Below the pieces are notes generated by a model. It did no database searches. It was not told where the DNA came from and was given only the letters and a program-made list of their open reading frames with translations. This document shows positions 41,115 to 52,137 of a DNA stretch of 64,000 bases, piece after piece. The DNA is taken from positions 1-64,000 of IMG/VR virus record IMGVR_UViG_3300017912_003441. One strand, given 5' to 3'. The stretch is from a virus (taxonomy: Duplodnaviria > Caudoviricetes). The position numbers and the translations under genes are program-made. Positions within the stretch are counted from its first letter, which is position 1, and each line of letters begins with the position of its first letter.

Positions 41115-43411
41115 CAATAGATTTAAATACAACTAATCCATTATCATTTGTAGAATGGAAGCAATATTATAATGACAATCGCAACGCGACTGAATTATCT
41201 ATATTATATAATAATTATTTGGTTGACTGGAAAGAACAAAAACAAGCCAATACAGATACAAAAAACAACTACACAAGGTCTATTTATACCCAGTTTCTTA
41301 AAAATTTAACATTAGATACTTTAGATCACGAAGTTGGTAGATTTTTAAATGAAATAGATACTGATGATATATATGAATTAGAATTAGGAGTACATTATTT
41401 TGTTAATATAATTCGTAATCAGTTATTAAGTGTAAAAGAGTTAAGAGATGAAGCTACTTTTAGTACAACTAAAAATAAACTAAAAACATCTAAAGCAGGT
41501 GTAAAACAATACTTAAAGAATTATATTTCTAAGCTTTTAAGTAATAAAGATTTTATAACTGAAAATACTGATACTTCAACTGCAGATATAAATGTTGAAA
41601 AAATCGCTAATGCAATTTCTATAGATATAGACCATTACGTATCTGACGAATTCATATATAACATACATCCGATTGATAAAGATTTAGTCGACAATATTGA
41701 GAACAGAGTTTTAAGAGAGTCTAAATCAAAAAACATATATCAATTAATTACTATTAATAAAAATGGTAAACAGTATAAAGTTGAAACAAATAATATTTCT
41801 ACCCCGAGTGCTTTATTAGGTATTAATGACCCGTTTTCTAATTATGAAAGACTACCTAATAGATATTTTCGTAATGAAATAAAAACATTAGATAATTTAA
41901 AATTTATTCTTGAACGGGATCTAATTAAAAAATATTTAGCTAATGACATATATCGGCTGTCCGGAGATAAAAAGAACGCTAGTGTAGAAGTTTTATACGA
42001 TAATGTTAACCCTACAAACAATCTGACACAAAGATATGGCCCTAATTTATTTGGCGGTATTGTAAATGAGAAAAATACGAATATATTTCCTTTTCAGCTT
42101 TCATATAAAAATACTGGTACAAATAATTTTAATTCTTTTGGTCTAACTTTTAATATTAATTTATCTGCGTTCAACGGAAGAGAGTATTTGATTCCAAACC
42201 CACACCAATATGAACCAGGGTTAAAAGCAGTTGGTTATATTAAAGACCATAAAGGCAATATTTTACGCAACATAAAAGTTAAACAACGTACTCCATTAAT
42301 TTTTAAATCTAAAACAAACACATTTAAAAATAATGATAGAACGAATTCTGTTAATTTTTATAATAATAAAATTGTACGCAATTATGGTTATCAAAGCCAA
42401 GAAAACAGTTTAGAATATACTCCTGCAGGTATTAACAAGAGAGAAGATAATATTAGTTTTTGGGAAGATGCAGAAGGTCATATCGACTGGAGAAATACAG
42501 ATACTTATCCAGTAAGTGTTTTAAATATATTTCCGGAAAGTAAACGCTTAGATGATTTACTTATCACAAACAAGACAGGTGTTAAATTACGGAGCGATGT
42601 GTATGGTAATGAGTTTTACTTTATTAAGTCGATATACCCAAAGAGAAAAGCAGGAACATCATATATAAGTGAAGAGTCATCTAGCACAGATACAAGCTGT
42701 ACAACAGCAGCAGAGTTTTATGACGGTCTTTATTTTAATCCGCTTTTATCTGCTATATCCGCAGCTCAAGCATCTAGTCCTACAGCATATACAGGGTTGA
42801 CTGGAATATATGATACCTTCATTGTTAATGATAATACTTTATGTAGTCTAGGCAATATCGGTGGGTCTGGAAGTTCATTCTTCGCGCCATTATCAACATA
42901 TAATTGTACAGATCTACATACAATAGCTCTATCCTGCGGTTCTGTATCTGCTGTCTCAGCGGTTGATGGAGGTCCGTTTAAAAGTCACCCAGGTCGCTCG
43001 GATTTATTAATTGAGAATTATTTTAAAGATATAACTATACCATACTACACAATTGACTCAACTGCAATTTATTCTAATACAGTTACTACGTATGAGTCAG
43101 CAAGTCTTAACCAACCAACTGCAACAAAGTATCAGTTATTTGAACAGCAATTTGAGGAGTTTGGAGAAATATTTGTACGTAATAACTTTTCTCAAGAAGT
43201 ATTAACTTTAAAACAAGCCATGTCTGCTGTGTTTAACAAACATTCTGCTGCGACGAAAGGCAGGATTTACACATCTAATAAAATACAAGATTTTGAGATT
43301 ATCGAAGATTCAATATACATACAAACTAACGTAGAGACATTAACTGAAAAATACACATTTGATGACGGTACATTTAAAAACGCCGCAGGGTCGAAATCTA
43401 TAATAACTTAG
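41111..43411 (+). CDS. Large virion/baseplate protein
   Basis: 766 aa, operonic with baseplate genes. Confidence 0.6.
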   Translation: MTIDLNTTNPLSFVEWKQYYNDNRNATELSILYNNYLVDWKEQKQANTDTKNNYTRSIYTQFLKNLTLDTLDHEVGRFLNEIDTDDIYELELGVHYFVNIIRNQLLSVKELRDEATFSTTKNKLKTSKAGVKQYLKNYISKLLSNKDFITENTDTSTADINVEKIANAISIDIDHYVSDEFIYNIHPIDKDLVDNIENRVLRESKSKNIYQLITINKNGKQYKVETNNISTPSALLGINDPFSNYERLPNRYFRNEIKTLDNLKFILERDLIKKYLANDIYRLSGDKKNASVEVLYDNVNPTNNLTQRYGPNLFGGIVNEKNTNIFPFQLSYKNTGTNNFNSFGLTFNINLSAFNGREYLIPNPHQYEPGLKAVGYIKDHKGNILRNIKVKQRTPLIFKSKTNTFKNNDRTNSVNFYNNKIVRNYGYQSQENSLEYTPAGINKREDNISFWEDAEGHIDWRNTDTYPVSVLNIFPESKRLDDLLITNKTGVKLRSDVYGNEFYFIKSIYPKRKAGTSYISEESSSTDTSCTTAAEFYDGLYFNPLLSAISAAQASSPTAYTGLTGIYDTFIVNDNTLCSLGNIGGSGSSFFAPLSTYNCTDLHTIALSCGSVSAVSAVDGGPFKSHPGRSDLLIENYFKDITIPYYTIDSTAIYSNTVTTYESASLNQPTATKYQLFEQQFEEFGEIFVRNNFSQEVLTLKQAMSAVFNKHSAATKGRIYTSNKIQDFEIIEDSIYIQTNVETLTEKYTFDDGTFKNAAGSKSIIT

Positions 43412-43422
43412 TAAATAATTAT

Positions 43423-46347
43423 ATGCCTTTTAGCAACAAACAGTCAGACATATTTTACAACGATCAAACGAAAGAAATGTTCGTTTGTACTGTTAGTGCT
43501 ATTACTGCGGCAAGATGCGAAACAGGAGATACTATATACGGTGCATTACCAATAATTTACAAAATCGATAAAGATACAAATTATAGACAAACAATATATC
43601 CTGATAATTTAGACACCTTTCATACAGATGAAAACTCTGATATATTTAAATTAACTCCTCCATGTCCTGTAGAAGATTTAAATTTTGACTCTATAACAAA
43701 ACCTCTCATTAATTATAATAAGGACACGTCAAGATATTCTGTAACCTTTTTAGGTCGGTTCGCTAGTGATGTAGATGGATTAGTAATTAATAATTATATT
43801 TTCGAAGATGTAGATAGTAAGTTTCATTTATTAAAAGCTAAATCTCTTTTACCGCAAAATTCTTTATCAGCTGTTAACGGTCGATTTACATTTGATAGTG
43901 GTTATTTAAACTCTGATTTATATATTGGTGGTAATACTGTACGTAACCAAAACGCATCTTGGTTTAACCCAGCAGATGGAGAAGAAGTAGAAAGGTCTCC
44001 TAACTACATGGTGTCTCCTACTCATGTAGAAAGTACAAGCGCAATAGGCTTTAATCTAATTCAAGACAATACAAACACAGCACTTGATGCTCTTACAGGG
44101 GATAAAAATTTCCCTCTTATGTTTAGCGGTGGTTACATAACTGTTAATCCAAAGTATGCTGCTTATGATCCACAACATACTATAAGAATAGATTTTCGGG
44201 CGAGAAGTTTTAACGTACCTGCTCCGACTGCTTATGCGAGTACCCAAACAGTAGGCAATAGCGCCTCAAGATGGGTCCAGCAATATTCACCAGCTGGTGC
44301 AGGAGAAGGTTTTTGTGTATATTTGTTTGAACAACCTCAAAAGGATCGGTATGTTGTACCTAATGGTGTTGCATCAACACTCGGTTATAGTCCAGCAGAC
44401 TTCAATGTAGTTGAAACCGCTGGCTCTGCTCAAACTACAGTTGGTTTGTTTGAGAGAAACAATTGGAACCCATTTAAAGAAACATATGGTTGTATTGGAG
44501 ACGGTCAAGAGGCAAATAGTTTCATAGGTGTTGGTTTTGATATAGCTGGTAATTTCGGTTCTACTTCAGAAGATAAACCTGGGTGGTTTAATGTAAATAC
44601 AACTACTCCTTCTCCATGCTCAGTATCGATAAGAGGAAACAGGTTTACTAATAATCAAATATTAACCTCAGTAGATCTTTCTGCTGTTCCTGGTTCAACC
44701 GCTATACCTCTACATACGTCTGCAGCTGATGCAGTTTTTGTTGATTACAGAGTAGATCTAACTAATAAAGGAAATAGATTAACTGTCTCACACAAATTAA
44801 CATCGAGTGAAACATATAACACTATATTAGATTTACGTCTTAATAAGATACAGGGAAGTTATTATAGTACGACTGGTAATGCTGGTAATGTAGGTGGTAG
44901 TAATATGTATGATCCGTGGTCTGGTTTTCAGGTACAAGATGATGAATACCCGTTACTAAACATAGGTCTATCTTTTACTACAAGTACAAAAGTAAGTCAG
45001 TTTGAATTACATTCGTTCGAAGTAAAAGGAGTTAGAGTACATAACCCGTGGGATGAGAAAATCGAACCTGAAACACAAGAACAAAAAACACGGATTGATT
45101 ACATAAACAAATCTTCTAAAAATCTTAGAGAACGACTTACTTATTCTGAGCTAGACGATAACGTAGACATAGAAATGGTTGTCCCTGCAAAGAGTAATAT
45201 TGCAAGTGAATTATACGAGCAGACAAATACAACCGAGATTACATTGTGTGATATTAATGAACCAGAATTTATAGAAGAAGAGGTAGAGGTTAAATACACT
45301 GGCATTAGACCGGAAGATATTGATACAGTTGTACAAGCAGTTGAGCGTGGAGATTTAATACCAGAAATAGGTGGAGGTTCAATACCAAGAGCGACTGGAG
45401 ATCTTGTTGTACCGTCAGAACCACTTGCGACTTTATTACCATCTTTCCAGAAACAAATAACAGATACAGGTGAAGTGAGATTCACTCTTGGAGGTAATAA
45501 AGGATGGTCTGCTGTTTGTTTCTTAAAAGGGGATCGAGCACCAATATTAGGCAATCCTGTAAATCAATTATTAACTAATTCTGCAAACGCGTGGAACGGT
45601 CATCTATTTGATCCATTAATATATAACGGTAGAGAATATTGTGTATATATGAGAGTTAGAAACCTAGGGTTAACAACAGATACTAAAATATATTATACAG
45701 AAGATTATGACGAACTTAACGAACTGTTTATCGATGCCATAGAAAAAGACTTTGAAGCGAACGGAGCTGAGAAATATACTAAAGTATGGGAGTTAATGCC
45801 CATGGTGGAAACACCTGCTACCCCGTGGGAAGGTAAAATGTCCGACTGGGAAGGCGCAGATGGAAGACCAGATTGGAACTGGGTTAAAGTCGGTTCTAAA
45901 GAAGACGCAGTTGAGAAATACCAAGACGGTGGCGATGTTTGCATGGTGATAGAGGACCAGAAGGGCTTCCTCAACTTAACTGGTCATCGATTAGGGCAAG
46001 ATAAAAACGGTTATACTGGTTTAGTAGAAATAGATTTCGCTTTACTTGATATTATAAATACCCCAGATGATATAGCAGCAAGCGCAGAAAAAGCTCTAGT
46101 TATAACTTTAGATGAAGCTAAAAGAATGAGCAGATTATACGGTATAAAATGGGAACAGTTAACTGCTTATGAAGATGGTTATACATACTATTTACTGCCT
46201 AACACGATGGGGCAGGTTCCCAATCCTACTACCGCGCAGACCGAACTAAGAGAAAAATTTCCAGACTTTTATGCGAGTCAAGTAGGAACTGGTGGCAATT
46301 GGTTCGCAACTAAAGGTAGTTTTGATCTGAAAGATCTACAAGGTTAA
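43423..46347 (+). CDS. Virion protein with legume (L-type) lectin-like domain
   Basis: GEGFCVYLF...GVASTLGY...FIGVGFDIAGNF pattern; late promoter 5 nt upstream. Confidence 0.6.
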   Translation: MPFSNKQSDIFYNDQTKEMFVCTVSAITAARCETGDTIYGALPIIYKIDKDTNYRQTIYPDNLDTFHTDENSDIFKLTPPCPVEDLNFDSITKPLINYNKDTSRYSVTFLGRFASDVDGLVINNYIFEDVDSKFHLLKAKSLLPQNSLSAVNGRFTFDSGYLNSDLYIGGNTVRNQNASWFNPADGEEVERSPNYMVSPTHVESTSAIGFNLIQDNTNTALDALTGDKNFPLMFSGGYITVNPKYAAYDPQHTIRIDFRARSFNVPAPTAYASTQTVGNSASRWVQQYSPAGAGEGFCVYLFEQPQKDRYVVPNGVASTLGYSPADFNVVETAGSAQTTVGLFERNNWNPFKETYGCIGDGQEANSFIGVGFDIAGNFGSTSEDKPGWFNVNTTTPSPCSVSIRGNRFTNNQILTSVDLSAVPGSTAIPLHTSAADAVFVDYRVDLTNKGNRLTVSHKLTSSETYNTILDLRLNKIQGSYYSTTGNAGNVGGSNMYDPWSGFQVQDDEYPLLNIGLSFTTSTKVSQFELHSFEVKGVRVHNPWDEKIEPETQEQKTRIDYINKSSKNLRERLTYSELDDNVDIEMVVPAKSNIASELYEQTNTTEITLCDINEPEFIEEEVEVKYTGIRPEDIDTVVQAVERGDLIPEIGGGSIPRATGDLVVPSEPLATLLPSFQKQITDTGEVRFTLGGNKGWSAVCFLKGDRAPILGNPVNQLLTNSANAWNGHLFDPLIYNGREYCVYMRVRNLGLTTDTKIYYTEDYDELNELFIDAIEKDFEANGAEKYTKVWELMPMVETPATPWEGKMSDWEGADGRPDWNWVKVGSKEDAVEKYQDGGDVCMVIEDQKGFLNLTGHRLGQDKNGYTGLVEIDFALLDIINTPDDIAASAEKALVITLDEAKRMSRLYGIKWEQLTAYEDGYTYYLLPNTMGQVPNPTTAQTELREKFPDFYASQVGTGGNWFATKGSFDLKDLQG

Positions 46348-46349
46348 TA

Positions 46350-47423
46350 ATGAATACAACGACATACACAGTAACAGCAACACCTAGTCCGTTCGGTGGA
46401 ACGAAGACTAAGTCTAAATCTATCACTGGTACTAATGACGTTACGTTCGACTTTGGTGGCTTAAGTAGCTATGATGCTGCTGCAGGTGGTAACTATCGCA
46501 TCAATAAAGTTATAGTAGATTTCGATGATGGGCAAGAACTTGTAGTAAATAGACCTCTTTCAGCCTCTACAATTCCATCTTTATCTAGTCATACATTCAC
46601 ACATACTATTGAGAGTGATTTTACTGACATGGCGACCCGTCATGTATACTTTACAATATATAGAGATGATCAAGAAGTAGATGTTATAGATTTAAAATTT
46701 ACAGTCGAAAAAGCTCCTATCGAAAAATATGAAAATGTTAATTTGTTAAAAACAGATTACTTTAATGACGACAAAAATGATGAAAAGTTATTATTAACAT
46801 TTATTAACAAAAACCCTGAAGTACTAGGATTGAGCTTATTAGATGTAGATAACGAAACAGATGTATATGATCCTGCTTTAGCAACTAGCCAGGGAGTAAG
46901 TGCTGAATCATTTAATGTTGGGTTTACAACCGAGTATATACAAACTCAAGCATCTCAGTCTAATACTGCTGAAGGTGTACAGGTAAGTCTTACTGACATT
47001 ATTAACCCAAATACAGGGCTACCTAAAAATAACGGTTCTATAAGTCTAAAATATAGAACAAGAGCTGCTGATCCAAATAATCAAGGCGCTGTTAATTTAC
47101 CTAACAACCCGGCTCTGTTTTACATACCATTAACTGCTAATTCTGGTTTCATGCATTTGAGCGGGTTCTTGAGTTGGAACTGTGGTGATTTACTTAAAGA
47201 TGTAGACTTATCAACTAAAACAATTACAATACCGCTTGTTGATATTGTAGGTACAAGAGTTTCTTTAGGAGATTATTATTTTACTAATGTTAATACAGGT
47301 GTTGGAACATCTGTAATGGGTCTTGCATCTGGTGGTTATTTTTATGTAGATTTATATGATGTATCTGGATGTGACTCAATAACAACACAAACAAGTACAA
47401 TTACAGCGTTTGTAAATTACTAA
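46350..47423 (+). CDS. Virion structural protein
   Basis: 357 aa beta-rich, DFDDG PKD-like segment. Confidence 0.55.
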   Translation: MNTTTYTVTATPSPFGGTKTKSKSITGTNDVTFDFGGLSSYDAAAGGNYRINKVIVDFDDGQELVVNRPLSASTIPSLSSHTFTHTIESDFTDMATRHVYFTIYRDDQEVDVIDLKFTVEKAPIEKYENVNLLKTDYFNDDKNDEKLLLTFINKNPEVLGLSLLDVDNETDVYDPALATSQGVSAESFNVGFTTEYIQTQASQSNTAEGVQVSLTDIINPNTGLPKNNGSISLKYRTRAADPNNQGAVNLPNNPALFYIPLTANSGFMHLSGFLSWNCGDLLKDVDLSTKTITIPLVDIVGTRVSLGDYYFTNVNTGVGTSVMGLASGGYFYVDLYDVSGCDSITTQTSTITAFVNY

Positions 47424-47441
47424 TAGGAATTAAATAATTAT

Positions 47442-48374
47442 ATGGCGATAGAAGACGAAATTATTAATATATCAGATATTGATATTGGAACAGAGATACT
47501 TAATAGTGACAAGCTATTAATAGAAACAAGCAATGGCACTAAGATGATTGCTTTTAAAGACTTTGTTGTAGGTCCTGATAATATTAGCTCAGTCCGACAA
47601 AGTCAAATTGAAGGTAATGTTGAAGGAGAAGCAGATACGTTTTATAATGTAGTAACTGGTTTTAATATTCTTAACAATCAAACAACACCAGGTTTAAATA
47701 CACAATATGATCAAATTAGTGGTACAGTAGAATTAGGTAAATTTAACTTTAACGCTATCGCCAACTTAGCGTCTGTTTCAGCTGATATTGCTACTAATGC
47801 GGCTGCTGTCGATGAACTGCGAGTTGTTTTAGACGGTCTCGCCTCTCTACTTGCAGATACAAGTAGCGCAACTCTTAACAGTATTACTTTAACAACATCA
47901 GCTTGTAATTGTATTGTAAGAGGTGCATTTAAAGCTTCAAACAACAATTCAAGTTTATCTTTTACCACAGCGGAACTTGATCCATCAACAACAAACCCAA
48001 ACTGTACTGTACAATTAAGTCCGTTCAAACTTACGTTTCCAGACGCGAATGAAGGTTTCGTAGATGGCTCCCGCTATATGATACTTGGTAATATTTCTGG
48101 CATATCGTCCCGGGGTAGTACTGGAGCTGGAGGAAGCAGGAAATTTTTTCGTGAAGCCAGTATGGTAATATACAGAGACGAAGCTGAAGGTGGAACATCG
48201 CATGTATATGGGAAATCCCATTACGTCCCTCGGGTTAGCCAGAGTCATGGAGATGAACCGTTCGCTTTCGATATTATGGCAGTAGTTAAAATAGGTGTTG
48301 GGGACTCCTTGAGGATTACTCTTCCTAAAGGCACACCACAAAGAGGCTCCTTAGATATATTTAAAATTTCTTAA
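47442..48374 (+). CDS. Short fibre protein with coiled coil and C1q/TNF-like tip
   Basis: N-terminal I.ISD....D.LLIET; central heptads; C-terminal YMILGNIS...VVKIGVGDSLRI. Confidence 0.5.
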   Translation: MAIEDEIINISDIDIGTEILNSDKLLIETSNGTKMIAFKDFVVGPDNISSVRQSQIEGNVEGEADTFYNVVTGFNILNNQTTPGLNTQYDQISGTVELGKFNFNAIANLASVSADIATNAAAVDELRVVLDGLASLLADTSSATLNSITLTTSACNCIVRGAFKASNNNSSLSFTTAELDPSTTNPNCTVQLSPFKLTFPDANEGFVDGSRYMILGNISGISSRGSTGAGGSRKFFREASMVIYRDEAEGGTSHVYGKSHYVPRVSQSHGDEPFAFDIMAVVKIGVGDSLRITLPKGTPQRGSLDIFKIS

Positions 48375-48376
48375 CT

Positions 48377-51300
48377 ATGATTATTAACTCTATTAATACT
48401 GAAAGTATTACGCCAGTCGAGTATAATCATATGCACGACAGCACGCTAGTATTCAGAAAATATAGAGAAAACTTTGACTTCGGTTTAACAGTAGATCAAT
48501 ACTACTTTAATAAAGACGCAAAAGATAGAAAAACAAATTACAATACTCAGTACATATTATCTGAGCTCCAACCACTATCTACTATCTTAGAGTTAAAAAT
48601 ACCTTACACGAAAAAAGCAACAGAGGAGTTTACAACTACCGTAAAATTTGACGGAGACTTTCTTATGACTTCGGGGTCAGGAGACTCAGGTTTAAGTGCT
48701 AACTTTGTTTCATCTACTGAGTTTAGTAATTTAAGCAGTCAGTTCTTTTTTACTTTCACTCTTACAAGTACGTCATTAACTAAATCTACAGCTGTAACAG
48801 CAACATCAGGCAATATACTTCCGCCAGAAGATAGAGTTATTGTTACAACTACTTCTGCAGACAATACGTATTATCTTGCTGCAGTTTCTGGTACTGATAC
48901 TACAGCGACATTTTTACCCTTGTCAGCAGTATCATCTGATATACCTAGTTTTAGATATAATTTAGACAATAATAAATTAATACTCTCTAATGTTACTCCA
49001 GAGTTATCTGCTCGTGATGGTAGATTATGTAATCACGGAGGAACTCTGAGCTTATCTGGTATTGATAACTTTTTTAATACAGCAAGTTTACTTAGCGCTT
49101 GTATATTTGATATTAATAGATATGAGCTGACAAAAGACTATAAGACATTACCTAATAGTTTTGTTAAATATACTTCTTCTTTTAATACAGATGTTGTAGA
49201 TTTAAATACTAGTACTGTAACAGAGTACATTAGTAATAATTATTTTGTTTATAGTAATAATTATAATTACTTTCAACAAAAGCAGAACAATACCAACACT
49301 GTACACGCAGATATATTTCCTTTAAAAAACCAAGCTACGCTACACGAATATTACGCGGAAAATAATCACTTTAATTCCGAACCAGGCTATTTAAACCGCG
49401 TATATGAAAAAATACATGCAGGCACAAACCAACAAACAGGTACAGACAAAATAGGAATATCTTATAATATAGGTACATATGATATTGCGTTTAAGCCTAA
49501 CAAATTAACATACTTCACGACCCCTAGTTCTTTATCTCCGTATACTGTTTTACACATTAAAGATTCTAAGATAGAAAACTTAGGAGCTATACCAGGAGAT
49601 AATCCGTTAATGTCGGACAAGGTCTTTAAGAGACGAGTAGATATTAAAAATAACAACTACAGTAATAATACTGATCCGACTTATTTGTGTAGTTGGTTAT
49701 CCGGTAATAGTGATGGAGAAACAAAATGGGTAGATAGGTATTATAACCCATCTATTAAAAACTTTACTGCTGCTCTTTCTACTACATCTTATTATAAGGT
49801 TGTTACTGCAGCTGGCGCTGAAACAACAGAGACATTCGACGTTTCATCTAGTTTAACATTTGAGCCTAATAATGATTATATGTTTTATCATATAGGGTCG
49901 AATGACTATGGAAAGTTATTTGAAGCTTATAATACTCAATATAATGAAGCGTCAGGAATAGAGTATATTAATTACAAAGGGGTACCTCAAGTTGTTGATA
50001 AGGTATTAGACGACGATGAGATTGTACTAAACGGAGAGACATTCGGTAGAATTAAAACTGAGTCTATTGGAGACTTTAGTACTAATTTTTGGTTACATAC
50101 TGAAGACAATACCTTACCATTTGGCTACCAGATACTAGGTAATTACTTTGAAGAAGGATTTGGTATATTCAATACTGACTTAATTACCCCTAATATTATC
50201 CTACCTACTCGAAATGAAAAATCTGGTAGAATGAGTAAGTTAATGTTTTTAAATAATGATTTCGAATCTTATGATGAGATTATATTAAGAGATGGTAAGA
50301 GTGAAATTGAGATAAAAGCGATAGGTAGAAAAGATAACTTCTCTGAGTTTTATGTATTAGGTGTTAATAATGTAATATACGTATTTAACAGTAACAATAA
50401 TCTCATTAGTAAGATTGAAGACTTAAAAGATACAAATGCTATAGTAGATGACTTTGAAGTAGGAGAAGACAAATTGCATGTGTTATTTAACCCTGTAACA
50501 GCGGCAGGTAATTTCTTTACTTATAATTATAACACTAATAAAACCAATACTGTTACTACAAGTGTTTCTGCAAATACAAAAGGACAAAAAGGAAAGATTG
50601 TAAGAAAAAATGGCGGTACTACAGTATATAAAGTAGATGCAAATAACGGGTATGGTAATGAGATTAGTTTTGATAGCAGTGGTAACCCATTTGTGTTAAG
50701 ACAAGAGAAACCAAATGACTTATCTAACACTCAAAACTATGTACAAAAAAATGCTGACCCTCTTAACTATTCTGAGTCTTTAACCGACTCTATAAAAGCT
50801 GGCCTCGGTATTAAAACAAAAATTAATGGTGTAATAATTGACGACGATGATAACATTGTTGTACTACATGATAATAATATCATTTCTATTTTAGATAATA
50901 ATCGCAAATTGAAGCGCACTAGAGAATTTTGTGACATTAATAACTTTCCTTTCCAACAAACTTATATGGATATAATTTGTGACTTTGAAGACGGGGTCTA
51001 CAAAAAATATATTTTGTTTATACAAGAATTTAATGACGGTTTTCGATTAACTAAACTTAATGAAAGATTAGAAATTATAGCCTCTAAAAAGTTCTTTAAT
51101 AGTGGTCCAGGAAAACCTAGTTTAGGAAATTTAAAACTCACTAAATCTGTTACATCATATTATTACCTAAGAAATACAGGTGCTAATAAGAACAGACTTA
51201 AAGTTGTAATAAAAGCAAAACCAAAATTTTCTTCCTCTGGAGTTATTCCTAGAGTAAAAAGTTCAATTGACTTTGATATTACAACATTGAATCCTGGTTA

Positions 51301-51826
51301 TAATCATTTCTTTGTTAATGTATCTTTGAGGAAAGGTTATATGGAGCTTTATGTAAATGGAAGTCATTATCAAACAGTTAATTTCTCCGCAGGTACATTT
51401 GCTTTAGATAACATTTTAGGAACTGGTTTGTATGTTGGTGCGGTTAGTACTCCATTTTATCTCACCTTAGCGAATAGGTTACAACAACCTAAGAAGTATT
51501 TTATTAATAATGCTAAGATAAAAGGTTTTAAGCTCTACAACAAAATAATGTCCTATTTCGATATGTTAGCTCATTATAACTATCATATCGGAGACAAAGA
51601 TCTTATCTGGTCATATCCTATCGGTCAAAGAACATATATCGATACTATTGATAAACTGTCTAAATTTAGCTTCCCAGAAAAAATTAATAATAATTATAAG
51701 GTTGACATCCTTAACACAGATATTAAGGATGAGAAGTTGAAAGATAAGATAAAAGAGAGATTAAAAGAGGAGTTAAAGAAAATAACTCCTTACTACGACA
51801 CTAATGAGGAAATGACTATTACTTAG
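48377..51826 (+). CDS. Large virion protein with LamG/concanavalin-like elements
   Basis: FSTNFW, YNHFFV....GYMELYVNG, LYVGA, FKLYNK. Confidence 0.6.
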   Translation: MIINSINTESITPVEYNHMHDSTLVFRKYRENFDFGLTVDQYYFNKDAKDRKTNYNTQYILSELQPLSTILELKIPYTKKATEEFTTTVKFDGDFLMTSGSGDSGLSANFVSSTEFSNLSSQFFFTFTLTSTSLTKSTAVTATSGNILPPEDRVIVTTTSADNTYYLAAVSGTDTTATFLPLSAVSSDIPSFRYNLDNNKLILSNVTPELSARDGRLCNHGGTLSLSGIDNFFNTASLLSACIFDINRYELTKDYKTLPNSFVKYTSSFNTDVVDLNTSTVTEYISNNYFVYSNNYNYFQQKQNNTNTVHADIFPLKNQATLHEYYAENNHFNSEPGYLNRVYEKIHAGTNQQTGTDKIGISYNIGTYDIAFKPNKLTYFTTPSSLSPYTVLHIKDSKIENLGAIPGDNPLMSDKVFKRRVDIKNNNYSNNTDPTYLCSWLSGNSDGETKWVDRYYNPSIKNFTAALSTTSYYKVVTAAGAETTETFDVSSSLTFEPNNDYMFYHIGSNDYGKLFEAYNTQYNEASGIEYINYKGVPQVVDKVLDDDEIVLNGETFGRIKTESIGDFSTNFWLHTEDNTLPFGYQILGNYFEEGFGIFNTDLITPNIILPTRNEKSGRMSKLMFLNNDFESYDEIILRDGKSEIEIKAIGRKDNFSEFYVLGVNNVIYVFNSNNNLISKIEDLKDTNAIVDDFEVGEDKLHVLFNPVTAAGNFFTYNYNTNKTNTVTTSVSANTKGQKGKIVRKNGGTTVYKVDANNGYGNEISFDSSGNPFVLRQEKPNDLSNTQNYVQKNADPLNYSESLTDSIKAGLGIKTKINGVIIDDDDNIVVLHDNNIISILDNNRKLKRTREFCDINNFPFQQTYMDIICDFEDGVYKKYILFIQEFNDGFRLTKLNERLEIIASKKFFNSGPGKPSLGNLKLTKSVTSYYYLRNTGANKNRLKVVIKAKPKFSSSGVIPRVKSSIDFDITTLNPGYNHFFVNVSLRKGYMELYVNGSHYQTVNFSAGTFALDNILGTGLYVGAVSTPFYLTLANRLQQPKKYFINNAKIKGFKLYNKIMSYFDMLAHYNYHIGDKDLIWSYPIGQRTYIDTIDKLSKFSFPEKINNNYKVDILNTDIKDEKLKDKIKERLKEELKKITPYYDTNEEMTIT

Positions 51827-51920
51827 AAAGCAGATCTAAGTAACCACAAGAACGCATATATAAAAAGAAAAAGGATCCCCCAGCTAAGAAGCCCGAGGAT
51901 CATATAAACATATATATTTC

Positions 51921-52133
51921 TCATCTACCAGATACAAACAACGCTTTAACGTTTTCTAACTCAGCAACAACTTGTTGAGCTAAATGCAATTGAGCACTAT
52001 CTGTACCTTCCATAATTAACGATTGACCGTTATAGGTATGCTCATTTACAATACGTCGATACTTACTAATCATACCGTCTAATGCGGCGTATGTTTGTGT
52101 AGGTTTATTTCTTTCGAATTCTGATGGGTTCAT
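51921..52133 (-). CDS. hypothetical protein
   Basis: Likely start ATG 52133 (MNPSEF) just after upstream stop. Confidence 0.6.
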   Translation of the reverse strand: MNPSEFERNKPTQTYAALDGMISKYRRIVNEHTYNGQSLIMEGTDSAQLHLAQQVVAELENVKALFVSGR

Positions 52134-52137
52134 ATAA

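Noticed and set aside
43423-51826. Diversity-generating retroelement acting on fibre tips
   Set aside because: No reverse transcriptase and no template/variable repeat pair seen in the window.
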